A stretch of DNA of 51,514 nt, counting the filler, from Basidiobolus ranarum (lineage: Eukaryota), in NCBI GenBank assembly GCA_040143965.1. It is 2 parts of 2 records of this genome, joined end to end, with 100 filler letters (N's around TTAATTAATTAA, not from the genome) between each part and the next. Parts side by side here need not be neighbours in the genome. Positions count along the whole stretch, not along the records: positions 1 to 25,733 come from JASJQH010007015.1; 1 more part is not named here. One strand, given 5' to 3'. The position numbers and the translations under genes were made by a program. The first letter of the stretch is position 1; each line of letters begins with the position of its first letter. Positions 12,806 through 25,833 of this stretch are shown in pieces. Below the pieces are notes generated by a model that did not search any database, had not been told where the DNA came from, and saw only the letters and a list, made by a program, of their open reading frames with translations.

Positions 12806-13636
12806 CGGGATCACAGCCCCAGGTTTTTAGATTGTATTCTATATAAAGACTAGGCAATCTAGCTTTTGTAAATAAAGTTCTCACCACAGATCCAAAAGGA
12901 TTCTGATTTACAAGACATTTCTGACCCAGAACCGTAGACGGTCACCCATCACTAGCGATAGCAACTGTATGTGAATGATTCCTCTAGGTTTGATGATTGA
13001 ACACCACCCGCTCAGCTGTGAGCTGGGTGTTTGTATTATAATATACTAGGTAGCTTACACGAGTTCTAGACTCTGGGGTTCATTAGTTTGCCGATTACCT
13101 GCACTCAGCCACTTCTCTCACCTAGATGACGGTTACTCAAAAAGGTATTCTGTAACCGGATAGGATGACAATACACTGAAATATCGCGGAATATGGAGTA
13201 AGCTTGGTCAAGTGTGGAAAAGAGCTGGGTTCCATGATAGAATAACATCCATATAAACAGTATCTGGCCGTTTAGGGCTAGACAATCTGTAGCTGAGCCG
13301 ACATATGCTTAAGCACAGCTATTGAGTAATGATTGGTTCTGATTTGACGACAATGTTGGAACTTTCCGGCAGCTATAAACGTTACCTTAAGTTAGAACTT
13401 GTACTACAGCTGATGCACAGAACTGGAGAGGATGGTGTCACAAAAACCGTCAGAGTCAAGGGGATGAACTCATAGAGTAGCCATATATGGGCTCCTGGAA
13501 GTTGGAGTGTTACATATATAGTACCGAGCAATATGTACATATCTGACCACGAATCACTCTGCATGCTACCATCGAATGTTCTATTTGATGTTCTACTACG
13601 CTTGGAAATGAAATTCATACAGGCACGAGTCGACCC

Positions 13637-13652
13637 TTAGGGTTAGGGTTAG
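13637..13652 (+). repeat. Short interstitial telomeric repeat / telobox (TTAGGG)2-TTAG
   Basis: TTAGGGTTAGGGTTAG read directly, about 620 nt upstream of the SSH4-like ATG. Confidence 0.6.
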
Positions 13653-14270
13653 TAGTGGACAGCGATCGTCCAAAGACTTTCTATTAACCTATAACCCATA
13701 ACCTTGTATGCTACAGTACTTCTCAATATTGCTATCCACAAGGCTTAAGGGTCAGTCTGATGTCACGCAGAAGAAGAATGCTCGTATCCGGTTGTTTCAA
13801 GCACATGTGCGAAGACCTGCAAAATAGGAAATGGTCCGTAGGTGCGATTGGACATAATGTTGGGCATATTCTTTTTTCGAGTTTCAGGATTGGAATTTTC
13901 TCCAAATCTCCTCATCATTGTCTCGAACCTTAACTCTACCCTAGCAGACAGAGGCGGTTTTAGGGTGCTCTAATAAGTCCCCACATGGATTTAAATCCTG
14001 AAGTGATGAAGTTTTGGGGGAAAGAAATTAAATACCCATCTGTGGAATCATTATGAGAATAGTTTGCTTTGAATTTAGATCATTATTAGTACAAATCATC
14101 TCTTTGGCTGATTGCTCTTTAAAATCTCTCTTTTACCTGTGAATATACTCGTAGCATCACCTTCACTTACTAAAAGCCTCATCTTATTGGAGTATATATA
14201 TAACCTGTTCTTTGCCATCAATTCAACTCAGTATACTAGTTCTAAGTCAAGCCCAACCGAAACTGCTTCG

Positions 14271-15614
14271 ATGCGAACATTGTTCACTTCCTCTTCGCCA
14301 ATTTACATGTGGCTGATGATTTGTTTGACTGTTTGGCCTCAAAAAGTAGAGGCATTAGATCAATATATGGCGTGGACCATTTCGGCGGTTACTTTTGGGA
14401 TATTCATATTCTTAGCCATGTTTGCTATTTTTTGCGGAGGCCAGGCTCTTTCCAAACTTCTCCAAACTTTATCGTATGATAGTGAGGAAACGGATCGGTT
14501 ATTGACCGACACTAATTACGATAATCTTAACCCCGAAACTTTACCTGAAGCAGAACGTCAAAGCTTTGAGCTTTCTCGTGCGTTTGAAAGCTCCTTCCCT
14601 CCTGGTAGTGTATCTACCGAGTTAACCTACCAACAAACCACTCTTATTCGAGAGAAGGGCGTAGGGGCTTGGGAGTTCGAAGCCGACTCGGACGTTAACG
14701 TTATAGTTCAAGATCGTACCGAAGTATCTTTCTATGGCGGGGAGTATTGTGTTCAAACTAACTTGCCCCTTCCTAAGAGGGATTCTGTCTATTACTTTGA
14801 AGTAAAGATATTTGAGAAAACCCCACAAGCCCGCATTGGAATCGGCCTTTCTACTAAACCTTATCCCTCCTGGCGTTTCCCAGGTATTTCTATTTGAAAG
14901 ATATTCTTTTCTTTGAAACACAGGCTAACTTTACATTTGCTACTAGGTCGTAATAGACACTCTGTAGGATATCACTCTAGCGGACGAAAATATTGTAATG
15001 ATCCATTCGAAGGAAAGCCTTATGGTGTCCCTTATTATAAAGGAGATGTTATTGGATGTGGAGTACGCACTCAAAGTGGTACAGTCTTCTTTACACGCAA
15101 TGGTGTCAAACTTGGTAGTGCAGTGACCGGTGCTTATCTTGATTTATTCCCGACCATTGCTGCAGATGGCCCATGCATTTTACATGTCAATTTTGGACAA
15201 ATGGGATTTGTGTTTATTGAGGCGAATGTGAAAAAGTGGGGACTCGCGCCGTCTGTGGGTAGCATTTCTCCACCACCAGCATACGGTACGGAAAGAAACT
15301 CTGTACTCTTAGAGTCTGGTAGTGTATTTACGGAAGAAGAGTTGGCATCTATCAGGATGACCATACATTCCAATGCAGACCTTCGAAGATCAATATTACA
15401 CGACACCTATGGAGTTCATGTCAACAAGAAGCCAATCTCATACGGAGCCGTGGATGCATGTCAATACCCCTCTTCGAAGGATAGTGTATCTATCTCCATA
15501 GAACGATCCACTCCTCCCCCAGCTTATTCCTTTGGCGAGTGTTCACGTGCAACCCAAGAATTTTCTCAGTCTGGCGCTGGTTCATCAGTCGAGAATGCTC
15601 ACTATACTACATAA
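14271..15614 (+). CDS. SSH4: Ssh4/Ear1-like SPRY-domain membrane protein (Rsp5 adaptor); exons 14271-14883 and 14947-15614
   Basis: N-terminal hydrophobic/TM segments. SPRY motifs VQTNLPLP, YYFEVKI, TKPYPSWRFPGRNRHSVGYHS, GDVIGCG, FFTRNG and NFGQMGFVFIEANVKKWGLAP. Two PPxY motifs (SPPPAY, TPPPAY). A GT-AG intron with a GCTAAC branch point restores the frame. Confidence 0.9.
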
Positions 15615-16292
15615 TAGCGTCTCAAGTGATTGGAAACCTGCCCGAGGCTCAAGTAATACGAAGTTTGAAACCATGTTTGACCCATCAAGTTACTCGTAAC
15701 ATGTAAATTTCATTTGTGTCATTCACACCATTCATTTTCCCCCTATAACTTTTGTACTTCATGTTCTATTGTAATCGTTACTTGATATATCCTATGAAAC
15801 AGCCTATTAACTCTCATACACACCAATACTTCATATATACTCATACTTTCACTATTCAGAAACAAAGACATTTTGCCCATTGTTTTTGTTGGTTTGGGTT
15901 TGTTTCATTTCGTTCCCTTGCCTTCCGTCCCCCCCCCCACCATCATTCCCTTTACCTTCCATCTTTCTCTTGATTTTCATAAATACTTAAATATTATTCC
16001 ATGTTAATTTCTCATGGTCAATTTATATGCAAATCTTTCCATTCCCCGACATGTTTCATTTTTCTAATTGAAAGTGCGAGAGAGGAAGAATTATTTGAAA
16101 TATAAATTATTATTGAAACACAGTTTTCCATTGAATTTCAAATTTCATATCCATGAATTTTCCGATGAAAAAATGGTGGGGGGGGAAGTGAAAAAAAAAT
16201 AAATAAAAAACAACAGCCAAAGTACATTTATATTTTCATTCAGAATAAAAAAAGATTCCCTCCACTGGAATGAAAGTTTTTGAATTTTAAAA

Positions 16293-19200
16293 TCATGGTT
16301 CGATGATTTTATTGATTTGTATATTTTTATCCGAATATACATACGCTATAAATTTCCCGATAAGATTTGGTTCCCAAGTAGAGAAGATTATAAAGTAACC
16401 TAAAATTAGAAGAAACCATGGTTAGAGTAAGCGATATTTTTCGCTTGTTTTTTTTGGTAAGAGGAGGAGAGGAGGGAGATACTTTACCGCCACTTGAAGG
16501 TGTAAGTTTGATATCTTCGGTGACAACTCCCTAAATACGATGATAATGAAATTGGGTTAAAAGGATTTCTTCTTGAGATATCAATCATATTCAATATAAA
16601 ATCATGAGATTACCTGAACGATATTAGTGTAAGAACCAGACGATGCGATTTCTTTGCCAAAAGAAACTGGATCTCGTTCGTAAAGTGCGATATGAGTTAA
16701 CGGGGTTGGTTGGATGGATGGAGTTTGTAACCGAATTCTTCATATAGAATGTAAAGTAAGTAACAGTAACAGCAAAAGAGATGAGGTGAGGTGTGAGGTA
16801 AAGAGTAGGGAAATCATTATTATTACTTACTTAATATTGGTGGTTTCCCGTACATCGATTCGATATTTGGGATTTCGATAGTAATTTCTATGGTTAGGAC
16901 ATCCCCAAGCACTGACTCCTTCAACCCTTTAAATATATAAGGGGATTGGATTTTGGTGTGATTAGTTACTTGTAATCTGTAAAAATATTGGATAAAAGTT
17001 GTACCATTCGCCTTTAAGAATTTTCTTGAACAATCCCTAAAGAGGAATACGGTGATTTAAATGACTGATCGAGATATGTATTAAAATTATTACAAAAGTT
17101 TACCGCTCCTTCCACTGGAATGGGTACTGGCGTACATGGGTGACTTGTTCGAGTTTTCAGTATGAACTCTCCAACTAGTCTCGGTTCGTATGCAGATGCG
17201 ATAAGCGTATAATTATCGGCTTTTTAAAGATTAGTATATATATGTCAAGAGGATATGCCAATTCATTTTACCTTCAACGTTGTTCATTTCAAAGCAACAA
17301 AATCCATGTCGATAGTCACCCGAACTGGCAATGATATCTTTGGAGGACACACTATATCCGATGTAAGTTGAAAACCCCCATATTTCCTAAAAGAACATGT
17401 AGAAATACCTAGTAATTCGAAATCCACCTCTAACCAATTTTAAGTTTATAGGATATGTTCTTGGTGCTTCCATCATGACTAACATATCGAAATTTCCTTC
17501 GATTTTCTTGGGAACGGTAATCTTATATTGAGGGTTGTTCATGAACGTTACGTATGAGGCATTTCCACCTGTTGAACAAAATAAATTAGCCGGGTCCCCA
17601 TTTCAACCACTGAAATAATCAAATCAGAGATACCCACCAGCCGTATCGTTCGTCCATTGACCAGTGACCTGATTGTAGTTGGTGGTTAATTTGAAGCCGA
17701 TCAGACATCTCACATGGACTGTTGTCTTACCTCTTTTTTATACAGATATCTGTCAGTGATCTCAAAAAACTTGAAGGGAGACATACAGAAGGTTCGAATA
17801 GTGTAGTTCAATGAGCGGCTTTTTTCATGTTGCGATAGCTGATGGATGCAAATGAGTATTACTGGTGCTAAGATTGAATGAGTCGAAATAATGCTAGCTT
17901 ACCACGATGGTGTATTTGTGAACTCCTGGTGGAGAATTGAAACGTATCTATAAATACACACACACACACACATAGAGTACGTCAATAGACTGTATTGAGT
18001 TTCGATCTTCTCACTAATGTTGTCTTACCAAAATATGTGGACTGTTAACATAAATCCCCTGTCGAGTGAAGAATCTGTGAGAATTTGTTGATGGAAGTGC
18101 CTTTTGTATTACCAATGAATTACCTGGACTAGAGGTTTCTCGGGGTAATAAACCTTGGAACCTCCTGTATTCCCATACACATGCAAAGTAATATAGTCCC
18201 TGTTTTCTTCTTTCACTAATACATGCTTGGTGAGTAGTAGCCAGACTGCGGACAGCTTTTCATTGCTGACCGATACCTCAAGCCCGTATTGAGGGTTGTA
18301 ACCTAGAATGATTCGATTCAAGTAAGTTCAAGATCGTCCAAATAACGGGCAGAAATATTCACCAACCTAGATTGTAGGTGTCCTTTATCGGTCCATGGTT
18401 GCACGGCCAAGATCTAGAGAATGTGGCGGCTTGAGTTGGGTGTTAAAGAATGATTTTCTGCTCACATTAACTTACGAATGTATCACATAGCGATATGTAA
18501 ACAATTCTGGATTCCAATTCATGTGAATTGAATCGAAATATTTACATACCGACTCGAAATCTATCCAAAAAATTCCTTGAAAGAGAGATTAACGAAAGTG
18601 AATCGAATCTTGTTCTACTTTTTGAATCACTTACCGTCATCTGTACCCATTGCTTCGATGGGGTCATAGTTCAATGCATTTTTCAGTTCCATTGTCCAAT
18701 TACCCTTGTCCAAGCAACCATAGTCACCTTTCCAACGCATGTGACTCCAAGGGTTTTTTACTTGTAAAAGGCGTAATCCGTCTATCTCGCGAACATCTAA
18801 TAAATATAGAGTATATGAGAAACATACGAAAGATTTCGCAATTCGAGTAACCTGTAATTACCCAGAACGGCATAAGCGTGTGTAGGAACAAGACCCAATT
18901 CCTCCGCTTCGATATCGTCCAGTTCTCCCGTAGCAATAGTGATCAGAGCATCACCTACATTAAGGAAGAATGTTAGGGAACAAGTGCCAATTAATACCAT
19001 TCAGGGGCCATCGCTTTGTTCTGAGGCGTACCATATTTCTGGCCGTCGTACACTCGTTTCCATTGAGTATCCTGGTTAAAGGATTTGCTGAGTGAAAGAG
19101 GAGAATGAGTAGGCATAGATATATATATATAAGCACTTTAAAAGAAGGCTCAGACATACTCGGTAATAAAGATGTGCTCAGGAACCCATCCGGTTAAGGC

Positions 19201-21479
19201 GCTATAGAGATTGTGAGTTAGGGTTGGATGATAAAGGGATTTCACAGATCATCCAACGGATATCACTTACTGTAAATCAATACTCGAGTTTCTAAATATG
19301 ACGTGATTGCAAGTGGCAATGGAGTTAGTTTGACAACTCAGATTAATTGGTTATTATCCCAGAATACTTACGATCCAGGAAAATCGTATCCGCCCATGAG
19401 CTTCATGTACTAGAGAGCAAAGGCTTGTCAAAATCTCATTACAACCACATCCACAAAAAGTAATACTCACCGCTTTCTCAATAATACTGGCCCAAAGCTC
19501 CTTTCCTCCAGCAATATATGTGCACATAGGGGTACCGTTGATACTTATCGGTAGCAAATCGTCAACCACTGAGTAAAAAGAGAGTTGAGTGGAAACAAGT
19601 TCTATGCAAAGTCATATGCCACCCAGCATTCAACATACCAACCTAGAGAGTACAGTGAGACAGATGTATAGACAGAAACCTTATAACAAAAGCCATACAT
19701 ACTTTACGTGGAATACCATTGTAGATTAATTTAATCATGTATTTACCACTGGCGTTATACTGCGGTCTTCCGAACTCATCTTGTGGATATATGCAAGCGG
19801 TAATCAGCTACAAGAACCGAAGAGGAATGTTCAGCAATCTGCTTTCATTGACTAAGGATATTGACGAACAGTACTTGTTTTTTGAATTTCTCTTCATACG
19901 CTGCACAAACACATAATGATGCTACAAAGGAGCAATCCGTAACAACTGCCTAATTATAAGATAGGTTATGCATGGGCGAATTGTTAATTTGTTTTTGCAT
20001 TGAGATTACATACTTGAATGATATTCTTGCTAGAGACGATAGTATTAAAGGACACTGTTAAGTATGGAGAGATTTGGCCGCAGAGTACATGGAGATTTAC
20101 CTGGAAATTACTTTGATCATCGTAGGGTTGCTCATGAGCTCAGAAGGTCTTTTCCAACTTCCAAAATTTTGACTTTGCTTCTCAGATAGTGGCAAAGGGC
20201 CATCAAGATCACTAAAAATCATGAGATCATTGAATACAAGAACATCACACGTACTCATTGAACTCAACTTACACAAAAGGCTGAGGATAGTCAAATTTCT
20301 CCTGTAGATCAATCTCTAACCAAGGCAAGTAAGCCTTCCCATTCATATAAGACGAGGTTTTGAGTACTTCTAGTTCTTGGTTGGTGAGCTTGACATCGCC
20401 TACACCTGGTGAGGAAATTATCGGACTACGTATAGATTGTTGGTAGGCTTCAAACGTGGAAATAAATCGTATTAATAGGGTAAATACCAACATATACCAA
20501 GGGGGTAATAAGAACAACTTACAGCCTGTTGGACTCTCGGGTATTTTGACAGTGAGAGATGTTGATTTAATCTGTTCAGCTTGATCTATCACTTCTGATA
20601 ACCATTGCTTGATTTGTGTCTTTAACTTTTCATCCGTTTCGGCTATGAGTTGCAACAAATATTATATTTCGGCATACGTTAACGAGTATATACACATATA
20701 TAAACAATGAATTCCATACATTTAGCTGCTCGTAGGTAGTAATCTGCAGCACTAGTATAAAGTCGGAGGGCCTCTTGAGAGAACCCTAAATTGCTCTTCT
20801 CTTCGCCAACTTTGTGGTACCTCTTCCAAGCAAAACGATTCAAGTTTAACAACGGTTAACTAATGTCCTTTATGAAAAAGGATGCAATTTCAAATACTTT
20901 AGCTTTGGTAAGAAAGTCATCTGGAGTGGAAGGCTGCGAATTCCTTTGTGGTTTGTTGACTTGTATCAATTTCAGTTGTTCCGCACGTGAAATATAAGCC
21001 TCTGCTCGTCGTGTTATCTCTTGCTTTTGGGTTTCATTTTTCTCCACTATACATATAGTGCGAAATAATATTCAAGGAATGACCGAAGAGAAAATTAACT
21101 TTCGCAAAGCTCGGTAACGGGCCTAAAGGTGAACTTTGAAAGCTACGTACCTTCAACTATGAATAAAAATATCTATTTCAAGAAAAAGAACATGCATTGA
21201 TTAACATCTAGTCATTTATTATCAAGTAATTTGAGCGCACAGGTGAATATCAAGAACAGCTCTTGATATTCCTTCAACATATATAATAGTGAAGTTGACT
21301 AACAGTGATGAATAATAAAAGTACTTTACCTCAGCAACTTCCAGATATAACTCGCGTGCTTTAATGAAGTGCCCTTGGTGATCAGCTTGGACAGCTTGTT
21401 GGGCCAGGGAGAAAGAAACTTTGTATAGATCGCTTATACTCCTACCATGGTAAGAGTTTTCTTTGCCATTTGGAAACAT
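16293..21479 (-). CDS. palB: PalB/Rim13/calpain-7 family cysteine protease (2 MIT + CysPc + C2-like domains), many introns
   Basis: Two MIT-like helical units at the N-terminus. Catalytic motifs [11 protein letters not shown] (Cys), [11 protein letters not shown] (His) and VKNPW (Asn). Also [20 protein letters not shown] and NPQY domain-III motifs. The last exon ends ...[30 protein letters not shown]. Confidence 0.93.
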
Positions 21480-21572
21480 ACTCTCTCAACAATGGTCTCT
21501 TGATGTCTTTTTAAACTTATCACTAAATAGAGAAGGGCTTCGACATCCGGTGGTGAACCGACGACAAGTATA

Positions 21573-21598
21573 TCACGTGAACTGCTAGATCTCGTGAT
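21573..21598. promoter_or_regulatory. E-box pair (TCACGTGA plus near-match TCTCGTGA) upstream of palB
   Basis: Palindromic TCACGTGA about 95 nt upstream of the palB ATG, with a one-mismatch copy 17 nt away. Confidence 0.35.
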
Positions 21599-24500
21599 TT
21601 GATGACACCAAATTTAGTTTGATGCATCAACTTCATAAATTCCAGTCACTGTAATATCTGTATTAAATATGGATCTTGGATAGATATATATTCTAGATCT
21701 TCGGAAATGTTTCTGGATCTCAATTGTGAAGCCCATCGTAAGACAGGGATCTTCTGAAAGCAGTTCCTAACCTTATTTGAAGTGTAAATATCAATCTCTG
21801 ACAGTAGACACTTTCAATACTTGTTCGAACTAGCATCATGTCTTCCATATGTGATGTCTATGAGTTTTCTATGAGAATTGGTATGAGCTAGAAGAGTGGT
21901 CACCTCCAATTTGGAAAATACGTAGCAGAGTTGGTGGATGTCAAACAGATGATGTAGATAGATATACTGAAGGGTTTAGAGATCTTTTCATCCATCATCT
22001 TCCAAACATATCTTGTACCTGAATAAAGTTTAATGGTATGACTGATTCTATTCTTGGATTTTTAGGAATGTCTGAAAGGATGATTGCAAATGCTTTGAAG
22101 TTTGGCAACTCATTCTTTAATTAATTCTGATGGATATATTAACTTTGGACCAAATATGGTTACTTGTGCTAAAGATGTCAGAAAGTAGATGTACATCTTT
22201 TGAGACTGTCTATAGTCATGCTTGTATATAGTACAGTTTGAACATCCCTGAAAAAAAGTTGTCAAATAGCCTGCGATGACTGGTACATTAATACAACAGG
22301 TGATGACCAATAATGCTGCAAGCATGCTTTGTGAAGAATCAATTTCCAGTTATACAAACCCACATTTCAGCATAGATATCACTCAAGGAGACTATACTCT
22401 CACTTAGTTACCAAATATACACTCGACTAATGATCATTCAAACCTTGCAGGATGAGTGCAGATAGAGAGTGCACACACTGGATCATGTGATCACCCACTT
22501 GACCTGAAAATCAATGCCGGAATTCAGTGGTTACTTGGCAAGCTAGATCTAAGAAATAAATGGATGAAGGCAATGTGTGTAAGGAAATGTCTCTTCATCC
22601 ATTGATCATTCGCTCAATAGTTGGCTGATTGTGCAGGCCAAGAGTGTGGCATCCAGTTTGAACCAGAAAGCGTCCAAATCCGAGTACTGTTGCGCACTCG
22701 ATCATCCTCAATAATAGCCACCTGTACACGTCCAATTATCTTATTTGAGATCATTCACAGCACAGCCGACACTCCTGTTTCTCAGCTCACAGGTAGATCC
22801 CGATTTCCGGATCTTTGTTTGGATCCCAATCAGTGACACAAGAAAACCTCACTCTACTCCCACCGTTCTCGCCTGCTCCCCATTCCATGTCATCCTTCTG
22901 CACCTTTTCTGTACTACACTATCGGATGTCAGGATACACAATTCCATTCATTCCATCTATGGGTCGCTATTGGCCTTGTGTTCTTGGCCTTTGTATTCTA
23001 GTTAAAACAGGCTTTAACTTCGTACTCCCACTTTATTCTTCGAGTTCTCTGGTAGTCTGTAACCACTGCCATGTAGTCCCCCCATTAACCGGGTGAAGAG
23101 TATCCAACTGTATTCCGTGCTATCCGTAGACAAATGATTTTGTAGAGTGTTTATATGTTGATAAGATACAGTGGCTCTACTTCCACTATTCGTAATTGGG
23201 ATATAGGAACTAGAGAAGGATATCTCAGCCACAAGTATCGAAGATTCATAGCAGCGAGTAATATTCTTTGTATTAAAGAATTTTATATCAAGGAAATAAC
23301 ATTTTTATTAGGTTGTTGAAGCAACCTCCAATAGTACGATATAGTAAAGAGCTCGATTGGATATTTTAATTCCATATATAGAAATAAGAAATGACCTTCG
23401 AACCAAGAGCCGCAACCATGGCAATCTGAGAATGGCTTTCATTTAAATATCGCATCGATCGGAAACCTTACACAATACCGATGATTTTCAATTGCGATAG
23501 TATTTATTGACTAACTTCCAAGGAAAGTTACCAACAGATTTATCGCATCTAGTTTGATGTTCTCTTCCATTCCATTGTAGCCTATGTGGGTGCACAAGGT
23601 GCATGTTAAAAGTTTCTATTTCTTGGAGTTTGAATAGAACAGTGTATTACATTCCTGATTAGTCCGAGAGATGGTAGAACCTTCTATGATAACTTGCAAG
23701 ACAGCCCAAGATTCATTAGAAAACCCGGCTAGCACAAGCCTTCAGAGATCTATTTCTTTCATCGTGATCAAACGCATCCTACAGAAAATTCGAAAGAGAA
23801 TTCCTTCATCAATAGGCCAGATGTAGCATTGGCACTCTATGTATCATTCTAAGAATATCTTAGTGATTACAACCTAGTCAATCCTATCGTTGTACACACT
23901 TAATGAACAACTATCATGAAAGGATTGGTAAGAGTTCCTTCAATTGGCTCTGATCTGCGGCTGGGGATTTTGTGAGGGCAACCTCATCCACCAAAGTAAG
24001 GTTTGTTTAGTAATCACATCAATCGAGGGCCGCGATTGTGGGATTTTCAGCCGATTTATAGACTGTGATTACTGACTGAATTTCAAATATCCTTCCTCCA
24101 ATAAGATACGCAACCATGACCAAAGGTGACTTCATTGTGTATGTGTTTTTAGGAGACATTTGCTACTTTTTACCGAATTTTGAATGCAGTCATATGGTTT
24201 ATCAAGCGATTTGTAGCACGAAGCTTCGATAAAGTGCTGGTACCTCAAGGTGCTTGCATTCGGCATCTCATGGCAGTTTTACATCATCATTATACGATAA
24301 AGGTCACTTTCACCTGATTATCGCCTCCCCCTCACTAATAATCGTTCTATGTTCGTACCATGGATTGGTTCTTTCAGGGTGGTTGGAATTATTGGTTTCA
24401 TATGTCATAGTTTAGCAAAGTTTACCTTTTTGTAAAGGCTCCTTTGATCAACAAGTCTATGTATTACTGGTTAGGATACAACGAACTCGGTTGATGAAGA

Positions 24501-25733
24501 TTGCATGATTTCTCTACTTCCACAGAGTACAATGTCATGCCCTTAAGAGAGTTGAAGCGTGGCAATTAAATCGAAAACTATTGGAAATCGGATAAATCTA
24601 TTCTATACGCATCATTCCTTTACTATAACTAATATATTTACGCCATTAATCCCGGAGGCATGTGCTCCGGTAGTTCTACAAGCCACCTTACTTAGGGATT
24701 TACTGGTCATCTACCAATGATTAGAATATTTTGATCTGTTAAAGAGTAATAAATAAATGCATAACAAGAATGTCTCAAATTATGGTCGTAGAAATGCTCG
24801 GTTCTAAGTTCCGGGCACGATGGTTTCCTTTGTAGGATATATTGCTGAGAACGGCCCTTCCGTACTGGCCCATCTTATACATGTAGGAGGAGCCCTTTGA
24901 ACATTTTTCTTTCTGTATGTAGGAAATCCAAGTATGATACAGTGATTACTAGTGTGTAACATGCATACCGTAAATTATGTTGATTGAAGTAGATGAATAT
25001 GCACTTATAATATATTGCTTTATATTAAATGGATGTGAAGTATGGGCAATTTGATGTACAAATAAATAGATACCGCGTAATGACCGACTCTAAACCCCAT
25101 GTACATCCTCCGCTCATCCGTGAATCGTATGTTCATTAGATACAAGAATTACCCCTTTATACATATAAACCAATGCAGAGTGCATTCATTATTCTAAGAC
25201 TTGGTTGGGAATTGATATTCCCTATCGAATGACTAAATATCAGAGATTGAAGAATAATGTTGAACTCGGATTGAGAATAGCTAAACTCAACTGTATTCAT
25301 ATATCTGAATACTCATTGGGATGGAATTCTATTAATCGAAACGAATTTATGGAAAATTATGGTACATACTTTATTTACAGCGAAAATACTATCTTCAGCA
25401 TAGAAGAAACGAGATGCATGTTAGAGAATTCAGGATAAAACTGAACACGGTTTAGTGAACGGCAAGAAAGACAAAATAATCCTTTAAGCAAAAACGGTAT
25501 CGATTAAACGTAAGTAGCCTGCTTTACATCCGTCAATGATATACATTCAAGGTCACAGTGAATATGTAGCGAAACTAAAGCGCTCTTTTAGAGCCATTTG
25601 ACATCTAAAATGGGAGTTTCGTGGTTGTTGCTGAAGGTTATCAACCTTTGTGGGAGATCTGTGCTGTTTGGTTGTTGGTGAGCTGGTAATGAATCGCTTG
25701 AGGGAGCTTGAGAAATTTGGATTTGGATACGTG

Positions 25734-25833
25734 NNNNNNNNNNNNNNNNNNNNNNNNNNNNNNNNNNNNNNNNNNNNTTAATTAATTAANNNNNNNNNNN
25801 NNNNNNNNNNNNNNNNNNNNNNNNNNNNNNNNN
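25734..25833. other. Artificial assembly gap spacer: 44 N + TTAATTAATTAA + 44 N
   Basis: Exactly 100 nt and symmetrical. The central 12-mer gives stop codons in all six frames. Confidence 0.97.

Noticed and set aside
14112-14270. N-terminal extension of the SSH4-like ORF from TTG 14112
   Set aside because: Non-ATG start from the ORF caller. The first ATG (14271) already gives a signal-like leader.
17956-17972. (CA)n microsatellite in a palB intron, with similar tracts near 30676-30700 and 32178-32187
   Set aside because: Ordinary short simple repeats
21700-25733. Four-kb stretch with short ORFs and GC-richer patches
   Set aside because: No recognisable motifs, termini or coherent splice model. 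Probably decayed repeats, but not supportable.
25778-25789. TTAATTAATTAA palindrome inside the N run
   Set aside because: Artificial six-frame stop spacer in a 100-nt gap, not biological
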